Below, piece after piece: positions 11,991 through 25,450 of a stretch of DNA of 64,000 nt. Position 1 is the first letter of the stretch, and every line of letters starts with the position of its first letter. The notes beneath the pieces are model-generated. The model ran no database searches. It saw nothing but the letters and a program-made list of their open reading frames with translations, and was not told where the DNA came from. Source of the stretch: Scyliorhinus canicula (lineage: Eukaryota); assembly GCF_902713615.1 (NCBI RefSeq), contig NC_052152.1:65568818-65632817 (forward strand). Direction: 5' to 3'. Both the position numbers and the translations under genes were made by a program.

Positions 11991-13799
11991 AAAAGAATAA
12001 AAAATCCGAGTGTTGTTCACACACTTTTTAGATATCACTTTCAAGATTTAAATTTTCAACACTTAGGTCAGAATATTTTTTTTCTTACAATTAATGTTCA
12101 CCCTTGGTTTTGAACATTATTTGTGAACATCTGTCAGTTTGGCAGAGAATTCAACACACAGCAAATAAAAAACTCACTAATAAAGAGATTCAAAACTTTC
12201 AAGCACAAATGTATACACATCATATTCTGATGTTAACACAATTAGGTGCTAGAAACCACACCAACTTCAATATCATAGCTTCCTTTGCCTATTTGGAACA
12301 CCTGAGAATTACTTTAACCAAGAGGAAGTGATGTAGAATTGGCTTAGTCTATGGAAGTGTTAAAATGTGAACTTAATTAAATATAGCTCAAAGTCTTGTG
12401 CGGAAAATAAACATTATTTTCACAGGCCCAGAGAAACAGACAGAAGCCTTGATAGGGAGGACTTTCCAAGGAGCTAACCAGGCTTAAACCGATAACATGA
12501 CATATATTTTCTGAAAAGCTTTGATTTGATTCTATCCGAGCAATTCTTGGGACAAAGAAGTCTAACAGTGAAATTGCCAATAGTCATGTTATTCAGACGT
12601 AACATATTTTCTTTACATTACAAACATTGGCAAACAAGTAGTCAGATCGGTGAAATCCAGGAGGAAGTAGGAGATCTTTGCAATTAGAGGGTTAAGGTCT
12701 TATTAGATCTCCCTCAAACTCAGACAAAGATAGCTGAAGCTACGCTTTATACTTTGGATTGTAAGCATAAAACTTATTTGGTTGTTTGCATATCCTGACA
12801 ATTTCATTACCCTTGAGGATTTGAAGTTTTTTTTTAAACTTTGTAGTATTCAAATCAATAATGTTATCTAAGATTGAAGAGTGCAGGAGGGCATGCCAGG
12901 AGCAGGACCTGGCATACTGAAAAATGAGGTGCCAATCTGGTAAAGCTACAATACAAGACTACTCGCATGCTGAAAGGGGGTAGTTTTAGACATTATATCG
13001 GAATTAATTTTAAAACTCGAGCTATCCATTAAGTGCTGAAGGAGTTAAAATTCTTCTGTATTGATCTGTGTCACACAAGATGCTTAGCTGAAGTTGCTAG
13101 CTGTAGGAAAACACCCCAAGGAAACATTTTGCTGGTGATGGGGCCCCAGGAAAGGGAAGTAATGGATGGTCATTCTTAAGGATGGCAATAACAATATGGG
13201 ATCATTCACCATTTTGCTGTGGTGCTAAATTGTCTGGCATGGACAGAAAGGGAGTTTTAATCACAAAGAACAGTTTATTGTTGCAACATTTGTACCTTGG
13301 GAAAATAACATTAGAAGTTAGGGGAGTCAGACAGGAGAGGTAATTTATATGGATAGGCCTGATAATGGAAAACCGGTGATGAATATTAGAGGACAGGATG
13401 TACGAGTCTTTGTACTGATTGGATATTATAATTAAGTAGAGGTGCCTATGTTATGATTGGTTAATTGTTCACATACACTATGAATGATGTAAACCTAATT
13501 GATAATCGTGACTGGACATGGATAGCAAGTAACAACTGATCAGTATATGCTAATTTCTTGCAATCAAATCCGGAGTATAACTATCTGTGTAATGCTTGAA
13601 TTAGGGCTCTCCAGTGAGTCAAGTTAGAATGTCACAAGCCCTTGCTATAGTTTGAATAAAGGCTTTGGTTGTAATTACAAAGAATCTCAGTCTGGTTTCT
13701 CATGAACGGGAGAGTGAAGTACACTATAGCTGAATAGCAATATTTTTCTCTGCAACACATGCCAACCAACATAAGCAACAAACGATAGACAGAGCTAAG

Positions 13800-15865
13800 T
13801 GATCCCACAACCAATCAGAACTAAGCTCAGCAGACAGCCACATCCAGCTGTGAATGGTGGTGGACAATTAAACAGCTCACTGGAGGAGAAGGCTCCAAAA
13901 ATATCCCCATCCTCAATGAGGAGGAGCTCAGCACATTAGTGCAGAAGACAAGGCTGAAGCATTCACACTAATCTTCAGCCTGAAGGGCAGCACGGTGGCA
14001 CAGTGGTTAGCACTGCTGCCTCACTGCGCCGAAGTCCCAGATTCGATCTGGGTCACTGTCAGTGTGGTGTTTGCACATTCTCCCCGTGTTGCGTGGGATT
14101 CACCCCCACAACCCAAAGATGTGCAGGGTAGGTGGATTGGCCACGCTAAATTGCCCCTTAATTGGAAAAAATGAATTGAGTACTCTACATTTATAAAAAG
14201 AAAATCTTGAGCCAGAAATGCTGAATAGATTATCCACCTTGGTCTCCTCTAGACATCCCCAGCATCATAGATGACAGTCTTCAGCCAATTTGATTCATCC
14301 AACGTGATATCAAGAAATGGCTGGAGGAACTGGATACTGTAAAGGCTATGAGTTCTGAAAATATTCCGGCAATTGTACCGAAGACTTGTACTCCAGAACT
14401 TGTCATGCCCTTAGTTAAGCTGTTTCAGTACAGCTACAACACTGGCATCGCCCTGGCAATGTGGAAAATTGCCTCTGTATACCCTGTACACAAACAGCAG
14501 GACAAATCCAACCCGGTCAATTACCACCTTATCAGTCTAGTCTCGGTCATCAATAAAGTGATGGATGGAGTCATCAACAGTGCTATCAACTGGCACTTAC
14601 TTAGCAATAATCTGGTCACTGACATTCAGTTTGGGTTCCGCCAGGGTCAATCAGCTCCTGACCTCATTAAAGTCTTGGTTCAAACATGGACAAAAGAGCT
14701 GAACTCCAGAAGTGAGTTGAGAGTGACTGCCCTTGACATCAAGGCAGGATTTGACCAAGTATGGCTTCAAGAAACCTTAGCAAAACTGGAGTCAATGGGA
14801 ATCAGGGGGGAAACACTTCACTGATTGGAGTGTTATTGTGGAAGTTGTTGTGCTTGTTGGAGGTCTGTCATCTCAGTCCTGGGATATCACTGCAGGAGTT
14901 CCACCTAGGCCCAACCACCTTCAACTGTGTCATCAATGATCTTCCTTCCAACATAAGGACAGATGTGAGGATGTTCGCTGATGATTGCAAAATGTTCAGT
15001 ACTATTTGTGACTCTGAAGCCACTGAAGCAGTCTACTTGTAAATGCAACATGACCTGGATAATATCCAGGCTTGGGCTGACAAGTGGCAAGTAACATTCG
15101 TGCCACACAAGTGCCAGGCAATGACCATCTCTGATAAGGGATAATCAAACCATCGCCCCTTGACATTCAATGGCATTGCTATCACTAAATTCCCCACTAT
15201 CAACACCCTGGGGGTTGCCATTAATCAGAAACTGATCAGGAACAGCCATATAAATACTGTGGCTACCAGAGTAGGTCAGAGGCTAGGAATCTTGTGGTAA
15301 GTAACTCGCCTCCTGACTCCCCAAAGCCTATCCACCACTGACAAGTCAGGAATGTGTTGGAATACTCTCCACTTGCCTGGATGAGTGCAGCTCCAACAAC
15401 ATTCAAGAACTTCAACACTATCCAGGAAAAAGCAGCCTGCTTGTTTGGCACCCCTTCCACAAACATTTACTCCCTCCACCACCAATGCACAGTAGCAGCC
15501 ATGTGACAATCTGCAGGGTGCACTGCAGGAACTCATCAAGGCACCGAAGGCAGCACCTTTTAAACCAAAGAGCACTACCATCTAGAAAGACAATGGCAGC
15601 AGATACATGAGAGCACTGCCATCTGGAAGTTCCCCTCCAAGTCACCCACCATCCTGACTTGGAAATATATCGGCGTCTCGTCACCATCACTGGGTCAAAT
15701 CCGGGCAGTCTCTCTCTAAAAGCACAGTGGGTGTACCTACACCACATGGGCAGCAGCGGTTCAAGAAGGCAGCTCACCATCACCTTCTCAAGGGCAATTC
15801 AGGACGGGCAACAAATGCTGGCCCAGCCAGTGAAGTTCGCATACCATAAAAATAATAAAGTGTTA
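13800..15865 (+). mobile_element. 5'-truncated CR1/L2-group LINE (RT pseudogene plus 3' tail)
   Basis: ORF 14348-14824 ENIPAIVPKTCTPELVMPLVKLFQYSY...NYHLISL...QFGFRQG...ALDIKAGFDQVW and 14761-15042 MFADDC are RT motifs with frameshifts; tail aagaaggcagctcaccatcaccttctcaagggcaatt...aaaaataataaa. Confidence 0.9.
13985..14202 (+). mobile_element. Short V-SINE variant inserted in LINE
   Basis: 15-bp TSD aatcttcagcctgaa / aatcttgagccagaa. Confidence 0.9.
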
Positions 15866-18071
15866 TAATGTTAAAAAAATTATGGCTCACTCATTAAACC
15901 TCACAAACCTAACTTTTCCAGAAGTCTTAATTAGAAGATTTTAAATTCTAATAGAGGAGACGTTTTAAGACAGACAGATCTGTTACAATATTCTGTATAT
16001 GTTTCTTCCCGAGATCATTTTGTTCAGTTTGACAACGTTAGTTTAAAAAAAAAGGCTTTTTATCTGAAAACCAAATTGCTATCTAGCATAGATAATTAAG
16101 CTCTTACAACGTATTAGAATTTATTTTTATAGTTGTAGTTTTAATCTAGCAATAAGTTCAAAAGGAAGATTTAACATTGTCAGTTAGGTAGGGGTAAAAA
16201 TGACAGAACTCTAAACAGTAATACTTCAATATCTCTTGTGGGTTCCTTATGTAGTGTTTTAACATGTCCCTCAGAATTACAATAAATTCCCATTTGCATG
16301 CATTATGCATTTCAGTCATTATGAGGAAGATTGAAGTTCCCCAGGATGACCATTGGAGACTCATCAGTCATCTGCCTGATTGTAACTCACAAAACTATGC
16401 CAACCTCTCCTGAATCATTTTGTGGCCTGACACATATTCCTAATAGTAACATTTTCCCTTTGCTGTTTATTTACATTTTATGCATAGAAATGCAGTACCA
16501 TTTTTGCCAATCTATTCCATTTTAACTCTGTTCTCTACATTGCCAAATTTTGCCACCACATTTCGTGCCCTCTCTTCCTGGGCCTTCCTAAAACACATGC
16601 GAGTTAATTCTCAAATTATTTTATAATTTCAAAAGGATTCAGTCTATCTGACAACACTTATTTCTTCTCTGTGTGCCGGCACTGCGAGCTCATCCATTTT
16701 TTGCATTATCCCCTTTTCTTAACTTAAATGTGTTCTGCTTGTCCCATCCCTCCTGACAAATGAATTTAAATCCACCCATTTTGCCTGATCAAAACTTTCT
16801 GCAAGAACACACAATTGCATCTTGGCAAAGTTTCCTTTTCCCTAAAACAGTAAAAGCCATAATCATTAGTTTATCAGCATAGAGATTCCAATCAACCGCG
16901 CTGACTTTATTCAGAGCAATTCACCCAAAATTGGAAAAGGCAGCACCAAAGATCACAGAATGTTAAGTGCAAATTAGATCCAATGCAAACTGAATTTCTG
17001 TAATCTTTAATCATCATTTGGAATTTCCGCTAATTCACATAATCACAGAATTGTTACATGTAGAAGGTCATTTGGCCCACTGTTGATGCACCAGCTCCTG
17101 AATGAATAATTTACCTCCTGCCACTCTCTTCCATCTTCTCCCCATAACCCTGCACATTGTTCCTTTTCAAACAACAGCCTAATTCCATTTTGAATACCTC
17201 AGGCAGTGCACTTCGGACCCTAACCACTCGCTGTGAGAAAAATTGGTCGCGATTCTCCGACCTCCTGCCGGGTCAGAGAATCGGCGCGGCGTCGCGCGAT
17301 TGGACGCCATTCTCCGATGCGTGCCAAAACGGGTGCCGGCTGCACAGAGAATCGCCGAAAACAGCTGTAGCCGCGATTCTCCGGTGGAGCAGGGATTCTC
17401 TAGGCCGGATGGACCGAAGTCCCGCCGGCGCCGTTCTAACATGCTATAAAACAGTGTCAACCAGTCGTGCTGGCTGACGCTGCAGGAGGATGTGGGTGAT
17501 GGCGTGGAGCGGCCCCGGGGGGGAGGGGGGTGGGGGGGGCGGTGGTTGACGGCATTGGGGGTGGGGAGCCCAGGAGGGGGAGCAGCACGGCCGTGTCTGT
17601 GGGCGGTGTGGGGCAGGCTGGCGGGGATGGGGGCGGGGGTGGGGTTGGGGGGGGGGGGGGTGCCCACACCTCCTGAGGTGGTGATGGGGAAGGAGTGGTT
17701 GGGCCGGGCGGTTCCAACAGCCAGACCCCATGACGGCGGACATGCGGCTGTCCACCCAACCCGTTCGCTGTCCCGGCGCAGGCGGCCCGGCCGTCCTGAC
17801 GTATGCCAGACCCCCCCACCCCCCCCCCCCCAACAAAACCCACCAGCGGATAGGTCCAGGACGGCACACATGGCAGCCCCCCAGTGAGGGCAGTGCCACC
17901 AGACGGCGGCCCTGGCAGTGGGGACGGCCGGCAGGTCTCAGGGCACTGAGGGGGCAGGGGTGGGGCGTGTGCTGGCAGCCGGGCCGGCCATGTAGCCCAT
18001 GGCATCTGGTTGTGAAGGGGGGTATACCAATGCTGAAACCCTGTCTACTCCCACCCCCGACAGATCGTACA

Positions 18072-19549
18072 ATGTTTAGCCATCTCTCAGCATTGTTGGC
18101 CGCCGTGGCTGTGGCTGCTGCCCTGCATGAGGCCCAGTAGGAGCTGGAGCATGGGTGTGACAGGGAGGTGGCGGATCCTGTTGCAGGCAGCGGGCTGCAG
18201 TGGGGCACGTGCAAGCCGCCCAGGCCGCAGGGCCACATGCCCGGGAGGCGCAGGAGGAGCACCACGCCGTGCGAGAGCCACAGCACGATGAGGAGGAAGG
18301 TGTGCCAGGGCCACAGAGGCGTTCAATGCGACAACGTGTGTACCGGCCCCGCATGTCCTTCGAGGACCTCCCGGACAGGGCGTGCAGGAGGAGACTCCGG
18401 ATGAGCTGGGAGACGGTCGCCAACATCTGCCACCTGATGGCACACATGGCACCATGCGGAACCGGGGGTGGACATGCCCCCCCAGTGGCCGTCAAGATGA
18501 CAGTCGCCCTCAACTTCTTCGCGATGGGGTCGTTCCAGCCGGCAAGTGGGGACCTGTCTATCATCTCCCAGCCATCGGTGCACAGGTGCATCTGGGCCAT
18601 CACCAACACCCTGTACGACATTGCTGACCGGTACATACAGACGCCTATGGACTACGCCCACCAGGATGCCCGCGCAGCGGGTTTCGCCGCTGTTGCCCGG
18701 ATGCCATTGGTGCAGGGGGAGATCGATGGAGTGCATATCGCCATGCAGTCCACCTCGGAGGAAAGGGCCATGTGCCTGAACAGGAAGGGTACATATTTAA
18801 TGAACGTGCAGGTGGTCTGTGACCACAGGATGACGATCTTGCACGTCTGCGCCAGACACTCTGGCAGTGTGCATGACTCCTTTATACTCTCCCTATCGTT
18901 CATCCCCGCCATGTTCGAGGGGCACCCCTGGTTGCTGGGCGACAGGGGTTATCCATTGCGGTCATGGCTAATGACGCCTATCCAGAGGCCACAGACCGAC
19001 ATGGCACGCCGCTACAATGATGCCCATGCAGAGACCAGGAGTGTGGTCGAGAGGTGCTTCGGGCTGCTTAAGATGTGCTTCAGGGTCGGCCGCATCGTCA
19101 GGGTCTGCTGCGTCCTGCACAACATAATCCAGCAGAGGGGCGATGTGCTGGAGGAGGAGGAGGAGGTCAGGATGAGGGGCACTCTTCTCCAGATGAGGGG
19201 GATGGCGAGGGGGAAGCAGATGCACGGGACATGGGGGATAGACGGCAACAGAAGGCTGCCCAGCGCCGCCGGCTGGGCCAGCAGGCACGGGAATCGCTGG
19301 TGGGGGTCAGTAGTAATGGGCATGGGCACAGATAGCAGAGTTCGGCACCTCCCCCACCACCGACAACCCTCACCTCCCCCACCACCACGTCACCCTCACC
19401 TCCCCCACCACCACGTCACCCTCACCTCCTCCACCACCACATCACCAGCATGCATACCACCCCGCCATGACACATTCACATGCGGCACAACGGGATTGTG
19501 TCGCACGGTTGATGGTGTAAGCGGGTCTGGTACAAGGCATGGAGGATGA
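18072..19549 (+). pseudogene. Harbinger (HARBI1-like) DDE transposase, disrupted
   Basis: Motifs VALNFFAMGSFQ, IDGVHI, NRKG..MNVQVVCD, GSVHDS, LLGDRGYP, VVERCFGLLK, CCVLHN. The probable start MFSH at 18072 has TAG at 18138 and a frameshift before 18200; there appears to be a deletion between CFR and VGRIV. Confidence 0.9.
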
Positions 19550-19932
19550 TGACAGCCTGCCCTGCGATGGGCTCCAAACCATACATCGTTCGACAATGTC
19601 CACATCAAGACCCTCTAACTGCATCCCATGGCCCTGTCGTATGGCTGGGGGCGGGTTTGCATGGGAGAACCGTGAGTGGGGGGCGCGGAGCCGCATGTCA
19701 CACGCACCAGAGCTCAACTTCTATCACAGCACCCTTCACACACACTGGCACACAGTCCCCGCCCAGCCCCGCACACATCGGACAGAGTACAGAGGCAGCT
19801 CACATAGGTGTGGAATGTGTTTAATATCAGACATCCTGAACATGCGCCCTAGCCCATTTAACTATTCTGTGTCCTGAACCCGTGCCAATTTACTCATCAG
19901 TGTTTACCTTTCTGGCCTTACGGGCCCTATGA

Positions 19933-21851
19933 CTACGTCTCGTTGTTCCCCCAGATGGTACAGCAGAACTGGAGGTGGACTCCTGTGATTCCTGCCCTGT
20001 GACTAGGGTCCCCTTTGGTGGCCATTTCCTGGGGCGGCCCGGCCTGGATGGGCCAGGCTGCACCTCGGGCAATTGGGATGACGTGGTGCCACCCTGTTCT
20101 GCCCGCTGCCCACCAGATGTACCAGAGACGGTAGGGGGGAGGGGGGGTGGAGTCCGAGGTGGCACGGGGTTCTGGCACCCCCCCTGCAGGGAGAGCCGGA
20201 ATGGGCCCCAGCACCTCCTCCACCCCCGAGGTGCCCGGTGGCCCCCGGGGCTCTCCACGGGATGGGGGTGCGAGCGGATCCAGCAGCCGGGGCACCACCA
20301 TCACCTGGCGCTGCCAGTCCTGGAGGCCCGCGCTGATATCGAACAGGGTCTGGACATTCGCAGCCATGGAGCTCAGGGAGTTCGCCATCCCTGTCTGGCT
20401 CTATACAACGCTGTCCATCACCTGGGCAATTACGCTGATGCTCTCAGCGATGGCCTGCTGTGACCGCGCCAGGATGTTGAGCACCTCTGCGATGTTCAGC
20501 TGGCTCTGGCTCATGGCTGCCTATGAGATGGCAGCCCTGTCCTGGGCCGCAGAGGCCGCGTGTACAGATAGACCGAGGCCATGCAAACTCAGTCCCATGC
20601 CCGACACCGTCGCCACCACTGCTGACACTACCCGTGCGGTGTTGGCCTGTGTGGCTCTCATGACCGGCACCATTTCCTGCTCCTGGACTCGGATGCCCCT
20701 GCACTTGCGTCTGCAGGTGCTGGAAACCGGCCGTCACATTCTTACGCCCCTGGGTCCCTGACTGCATCGGGTCTATGGATGGGCGGGGGAACTCCAGGGA
20801 CCGGGGACCCGCCTGGGTGGCAGGTGTTTGCCGGGGCTGGGCTGCCCTCCAACCGTCTGGCCCCTCAGCTGCTCCTACCTCCACCTGCTGTACCGGAGCG
20901 GCTGTGTGGTGCACACCAGTTAGTTTCCCAAAAGCCTCACAACTAAAATGGCCAACCGAGGTGAGAGTACCTGCAGTGGCAGTGGGTGCAGAGGACAGCT
21001 ATGATGCAACCTCAGTGTCTTCATCGGACCTGCAGTCGGGGGTCCTAAGGGGAGGGGGCTGAGGGTAAAGGGTTGAGGGGAGAGTGCTGAGAGGAGAGTG
21101 CTGAGGGGAAAGGGCTGAAGGGAAAGGGCTGAGGGGAGAGTGCTGAGGGGAGAGTGCTGAGGGGAGAGTGCTGAGGGGAGAGTGCTGAGGGGAGATGGCT
21201 GAGGAGGGAGGACTGAGGAGGGAGGGCTGAGGAGAGAATGCTGAGGGGAGAATGCTGAGGGGAGAATGCTGAGGGGAATGTCTTCGGGCACACCAGTTAT
21301 GTCCAGTGCCCTCTGCTTGTGCACGGTGAGGGGCCGCAAGTCAGGTCCACCCCCTCCGGTTCGGACACGCTTTCGTTGGTTATGGGCGCTCTACTCCTTG
21401 GGGGGGGGGAGGGATGATAGTCATTGTTAGGCGGTCCGATGCATGCGATTGGATCTATGTTGGCATTGGTGCACAGAGCACACGGCCAACGCGGCTTGCA
21501 TGGGTGGCTGCAGCCAAGCGGGTCATGGCTGTGGGTGTACCGTCCCCCTGGGGAGGGGGGTCATACATTTGGGGGGTGGGGGGGGTTAGTGCCATGGGCA
21601 CATTGCTGTGTACTCACCCTGGCTGCCCTCAGTAGGTTGTTGAGCTTTTTGTGACACTGCTTGCCAGTCCTGGGTGTCAACATGATGGCACTGATGGCTG
21701 CACCCACCTCTCCCCACAGACGCCGGGCCATGTTGGGTGGGACCGTCTGGCCGGGTCCAGGGCACAGACACCCCCTCCTCTCCTGGAGGGCATCCAGGAG
21801 CGTCTCCAGGTCGTGGTCGGTGAACCGGGGTGCTGCTCGACGTGGCACCAT
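19933..21851 (-). pseudogene. Harbinger ORF2: spliced Myb/SANT-like DNA-binding protein gene, disrupted
   Basis: Exon 21618-21851 MVPRRAAPRFTDHDLETLLD...WGEVGAAIS..LTPRTGKQCHKKLNNLLRAAR with donor AGG|GTGAGT; exon from 21396 E*SAHNQRKRVRTGGG (TAG at 21391-21393); long 3' exon from ~21045 with an Ala/Ser/Gln-rich region, frameshifted. Confidence 0.85.
21058..21280. repeat. ~14-bp purine-rich minisatellite (ctgaggggagagtg)n, about 15 units
   Basis: Direct inspection; the minus-strand unit is CA(C/T)TCTCCCCTCAG. Confidence 0.9.
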
Positions 21852-22475
21852 GTTGCTCCATCGGCAGCCTGTGCGCTCGCATCGCCTTATGTGCGCCGCG
21901 GTGCCACGACGATTAAGTGGCCCCTCGTCCCTGATGCTGCTCTGACACCTCGCCCCCTTTCACGCCCCTGCTAGCCCCCTTGTACGGCGCAGAATGGGGT
22001 CCCGGAATGGGCGCCAACCACGGAGTGAAGCACTCCCCTTTTTGATGCCGGCGCCGACAATCTGCCGTCGCAGCAGAGAATCGCGCCCATTGTTTCCCAT
22101 GTTGATTTTATTTCTTTAACCAATTATTTTAAAATTGGTGCCCTCTCATTCTTAATCCTTTTGCAAATGTAAAATTTCATCCCGATCTAGACCACTTATG
22201 ATTTTGAAAACCGAATCAAATCTCCTCTCAGCCTTCTTTTCTCCATGAAAAATGGTTCCAATCTAACCAACTTATCTAATAACTGAAGACCCTTATCCTT
22301 AGAACCATTCTTGTGAATCTTTTTTTGCTCGGTCTCAAATGTCTGCACATCCTTTCCAGAATTGTACGAAATACTCCAGCTGATGTGTAATTAATATCTT
22401 CTACATGTTGAACAGAACCTTTTTGCTCTTGTACTCTATGCCCCTATTAATAACGCTGAGAACACTGTATGTTTT

Positions 22476-22695
22476 TTTAATAAATTTAGAGTAGCCAATT
22501 ATTTTTATTTTTCCAATTAAGGAGCAATTTAGTATGGCCAATCCACCTAACCAATCTTTGGGTTGTGGGGGTGAAACCCACACAGACACGGGGAGAATGT
22601 GCAAACTCCACACGGAAAGTGACCCAGGGCCGTGATTCGAACCCGGGTCCTCTGCGCCGCAGTCCCAGTGCTAACCATTGAGCCACATATCACCC
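22476..22695 (-). mobile_element. Short V-SINE variant
   Basis: 13-bp TSD cactgtatgtttt (22463-22475, 22696-22708). Confidence 0.9.
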
Positions 22696-23867
22696 CACTG
22701 TATGTTTTGTTAACTGCTCTCTCAACCTGTCCTGCCACATTTAATAACTTATAAACACGTGCACTTCGATCCCTCTGCTCCTATACTCCCATTGGAGTAG
22801 TGCCCTTAGTTTAAGACTGCTTCTCCATGTTCTTCTTAACAAAATGTATCACTTTCATTTCTCTGCATTGAACTTCCTTCTGCTTCCTATCAGCCCACTC
22901 CCACTTGTCTATGTCCTTTTGAAGTCCTACACTGTCCTCTTCACAGTTTACAATGCTTCCGTGTTTTGTATCAACGACAACGTTTGAAATTGTTCTCTGA
23001 ACATCAATGTCAAAATCATCAGGAAAAGCAAAGGTCCCAAGACCAAACTCTGTGGTACTCCATTACAAACTGTCCTCCAAATCAAGAAAACATTAATTGA
23101 CCTGTCACTAAGCAAATGTTGTATCCTTTCATTCCATGAGCTATAACTTTGGCCACAACTGTTGTGTGGCAATGTATCAAATGTCTTTTGGAAGTCCATG
23201 TACGCACCAACAGAATTACCCTCATCAATCCACTCTATGTTTTCAAAATACCCCAGAAGGTTAGTTAAATAGTTAGTTAGTTGTGTCTGTTTGCAGAATT
23301 TTAAGGAGTCTCTTACAATTATGTTTTTTTGGGGAACGCAAGGCTAAAAGATACATTTTAAGAGCTTCTGTTTTTTACTTAAGTTTATTAAGAAACTGAG
23401 TACTGAATTATAATTAACAAATCATTCTGTGTATCTTTTAAAAGTGAGTAATTTAAAAATCACGTTACTTAAAAGTGGTGGATTGACATGGTGATTAAAA
23501 GTGCTTAATTCATGATAAACCCATTTTGAGCTTGTCATTCAAATGTATAGGTTACCTGTCTTAAGTATGCCAAGGAATAGCTTTATAAACAATGTTTTTA
23601 AATTGCATTATATTACACTGCCAGATTGCACTAGTTCTTGACAGATATTGCATTTGGTAATAGCCAAGTGAGTATGAGCAGAAACCCGAGAAAAAATACT
23701 TCACAAAACAGGACAAATTGACTCCAGACCATCCATTGCTCTGGCCTGTGGCAAAGGGCTAATTCAAATTTTTCACTCTGAGAAAACCCAAGCACTTGGT
23801 GACTATCCACTAATCTACAAAAGGTTCAACTCAATCACAATATTTATTTATATAGCACCTTTAATAT

Positions 23868-24175
23868 GGGGCTGCACAGTGATTAGCACTGCTGCCTCAC
23901 AGCGCAGGGTCGCAGATTCGATTCCGACCCTGGGAAACTGTCTTTGTAGAGTTTGCACTTTCTCCCTGTGCTTGCGAGGGTTTCTGCCGGGTGCTCCAGT
24001 TTCTTCCCACAGTCCAAAGATGTGCAGGTTAGTTGGATTGGTCATGTTAAATTGCCCCTCAGGGTGGGGTTGCAAGAATAGGATGGGGGATTGGTCCAAG
24101 GTAGTGTGGTCGTTTAAAGTGTTGGTGCTGACTCGATGGGCTGAATGGCCTCCTTCTGCACTGTAGGGATTCCAT
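23868..24175 (+). mobile_element. HE1-like V-SINE
   Basis: Head, V-domain and tail ggcctccttctgcactgtagggatt. Confidence 0.85.
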
Positions 24176-24329
24176 AATAAAATGTCCAACAGCACTTCAG
24201 AGGGGTGGAAAGGGGTGGAAAGGTTAAGCATGTTATTCCAGAGTTAAGGGTCTAGGCCGCTGAAAACATGGCCATCAGTACCTGATACCAGCCTTCTGAG
24301 TAAGGGTTGAGAATGTATTTCATTAATTG

Positions 24330-25450
24330 ACCTTTGTTTTCTCTGGGCTCCCTTCTCCGTCCGTTGAGCTTTTCATTTCAGCTCACCTCTTCCACTGCCT
24401 CTCCAAACAGTCAGATCCCAGAGTTCATGGCCGTCAGTGACTTGCTCCAGTTGTCAGTGTCAATATCCACCATCTTGATATCTTGCTTTCAGGTGTCCTT
24501 GTTGAAAAAATATAGGTGCCCAGGGGGTCATGACCCAATGGTCGATTCATTTGGGTATACGGTCATTACCCATCCAATAAACATGGCTGATCCAGCACGG
24601 ACATCGTTGGCTTAGCAATGAGTATGTGCTGATGGAATTAGCAAGCTACAGGATTTATGAGTTGGTGGACTTGACTTGACAAAAAATGCTGAGGATGTAT
24701 CTAAGACAGCAAAGTTGAAAACTGCTCAGTCTTTTCTCCTGCCAAGCACATGTTGTCCAGGTCTCACCATTGTAGAGAAGTGTGCTAAAGATGCAGGCTT
24801 GGTAGGTTCACCATGTGGTGTTTTCAGCCGAGTTGCTGTTGTTCCACACTCTCTTAGGTTTGCTTGGACATAACAGCTGTAATTTTTGCAAGGTGTGCAT
24901 TGATTTCAGGATCAAGTGACATATTGCTGGTGATTGTAGAGCCTAGATATGTGAAGCTGTCAACAACCTTGAGCAACACATTGACCATGTTGAGAGATGG
25001 AAACATCCTGGACCATGAAATTTGTTTTTTCTGATGGTTAAACTAAACTTTCTACAGGCGAGAGGAGAGTCTGTCCATTTACCGTTGAAGGTATTCCTCA
25101 GAATTGAATGTTAGTGCAGCATCGTCAGTGTGAGGTAAATCTGTGATAAGGATCTGGTGCACCTATGTCTTTGATCTCAGGTGAGCAAGACTGGACAGCT
25201 TTCTGTCAATTCTGGAATGTAAACAGACAGCCACCTGTAGATGACCTGACAGAATAAGGTAGTGGCTAAGAGAAGAATATGTCAGCAAGAACTGATATCA
25301 GAACACAACACAACCCTTTTTGACCCCACTGCAGATTTCAAAGGATTCGGATGTTGCCCTGTCTTAGCTGCCCTTACCCACCATGTTATCTTGGGACGAG
25401 ATTACATTGAACAGCTTCAATGGGCAGCCGGCTTTCTCCCACAGTTGAAG
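24330..25450 (-). mobile_element. RTE-clade LINE remnant
   Basis: Minus frames TDDAALTFNSEEYLQ, ACRKFSLTI and LKVVDSFTYLGSTITSNMSLDPEIN are typical RTE RT domain 5-7 motifs. Confidence 0.8.

Larger units (their letters stand above)
17245..22088. mobile_element. Near full-length PIF/Harbinger DNA transposon (4.84 kb) in CD200-like intron 1
   Basis: TIR ggtcgcgattctc / gagaatcgcgccc; perfect ATT TSD (17242-17244, 22089-22091); convergent transposase (+) and Myb/SANT (-) genes. Confidence 0.95.
17040..23270 (-). mobile_element. Old CR1 LINE 3' portion split by the Harbinger element (17245-22088) and a SINE
   Basis: Sequence continues across the att TSD (accactcgctgtgagaaaa|att|gtttcccatg); ORF 22948-23199 DFQKTFD...GVPQSLVLGPLLF are CR1 RT motifs. 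Confidence 0.75.

Noticed and set aside
12425-12600. Plus-strand exon-like segment after ttattttcacag
   Set aside because: Stops in all three frames and a weak donor.
13100-13730. Possible gag/protease remnant followed by an LTR-like segment (tgtac...gtaca, aataaa)
   Set aside because: No TSD, no partner LTR, and protein similarity too weak to call.
17157-18460. Many overlapping long ORFs (e.g. 17179-17871, 17444-18286) in the Harbinger left arm
   Set aside because: Low-complexity Pro/Gly-rich translations caused by high GC and poly-G/C runs; no domain motifs.
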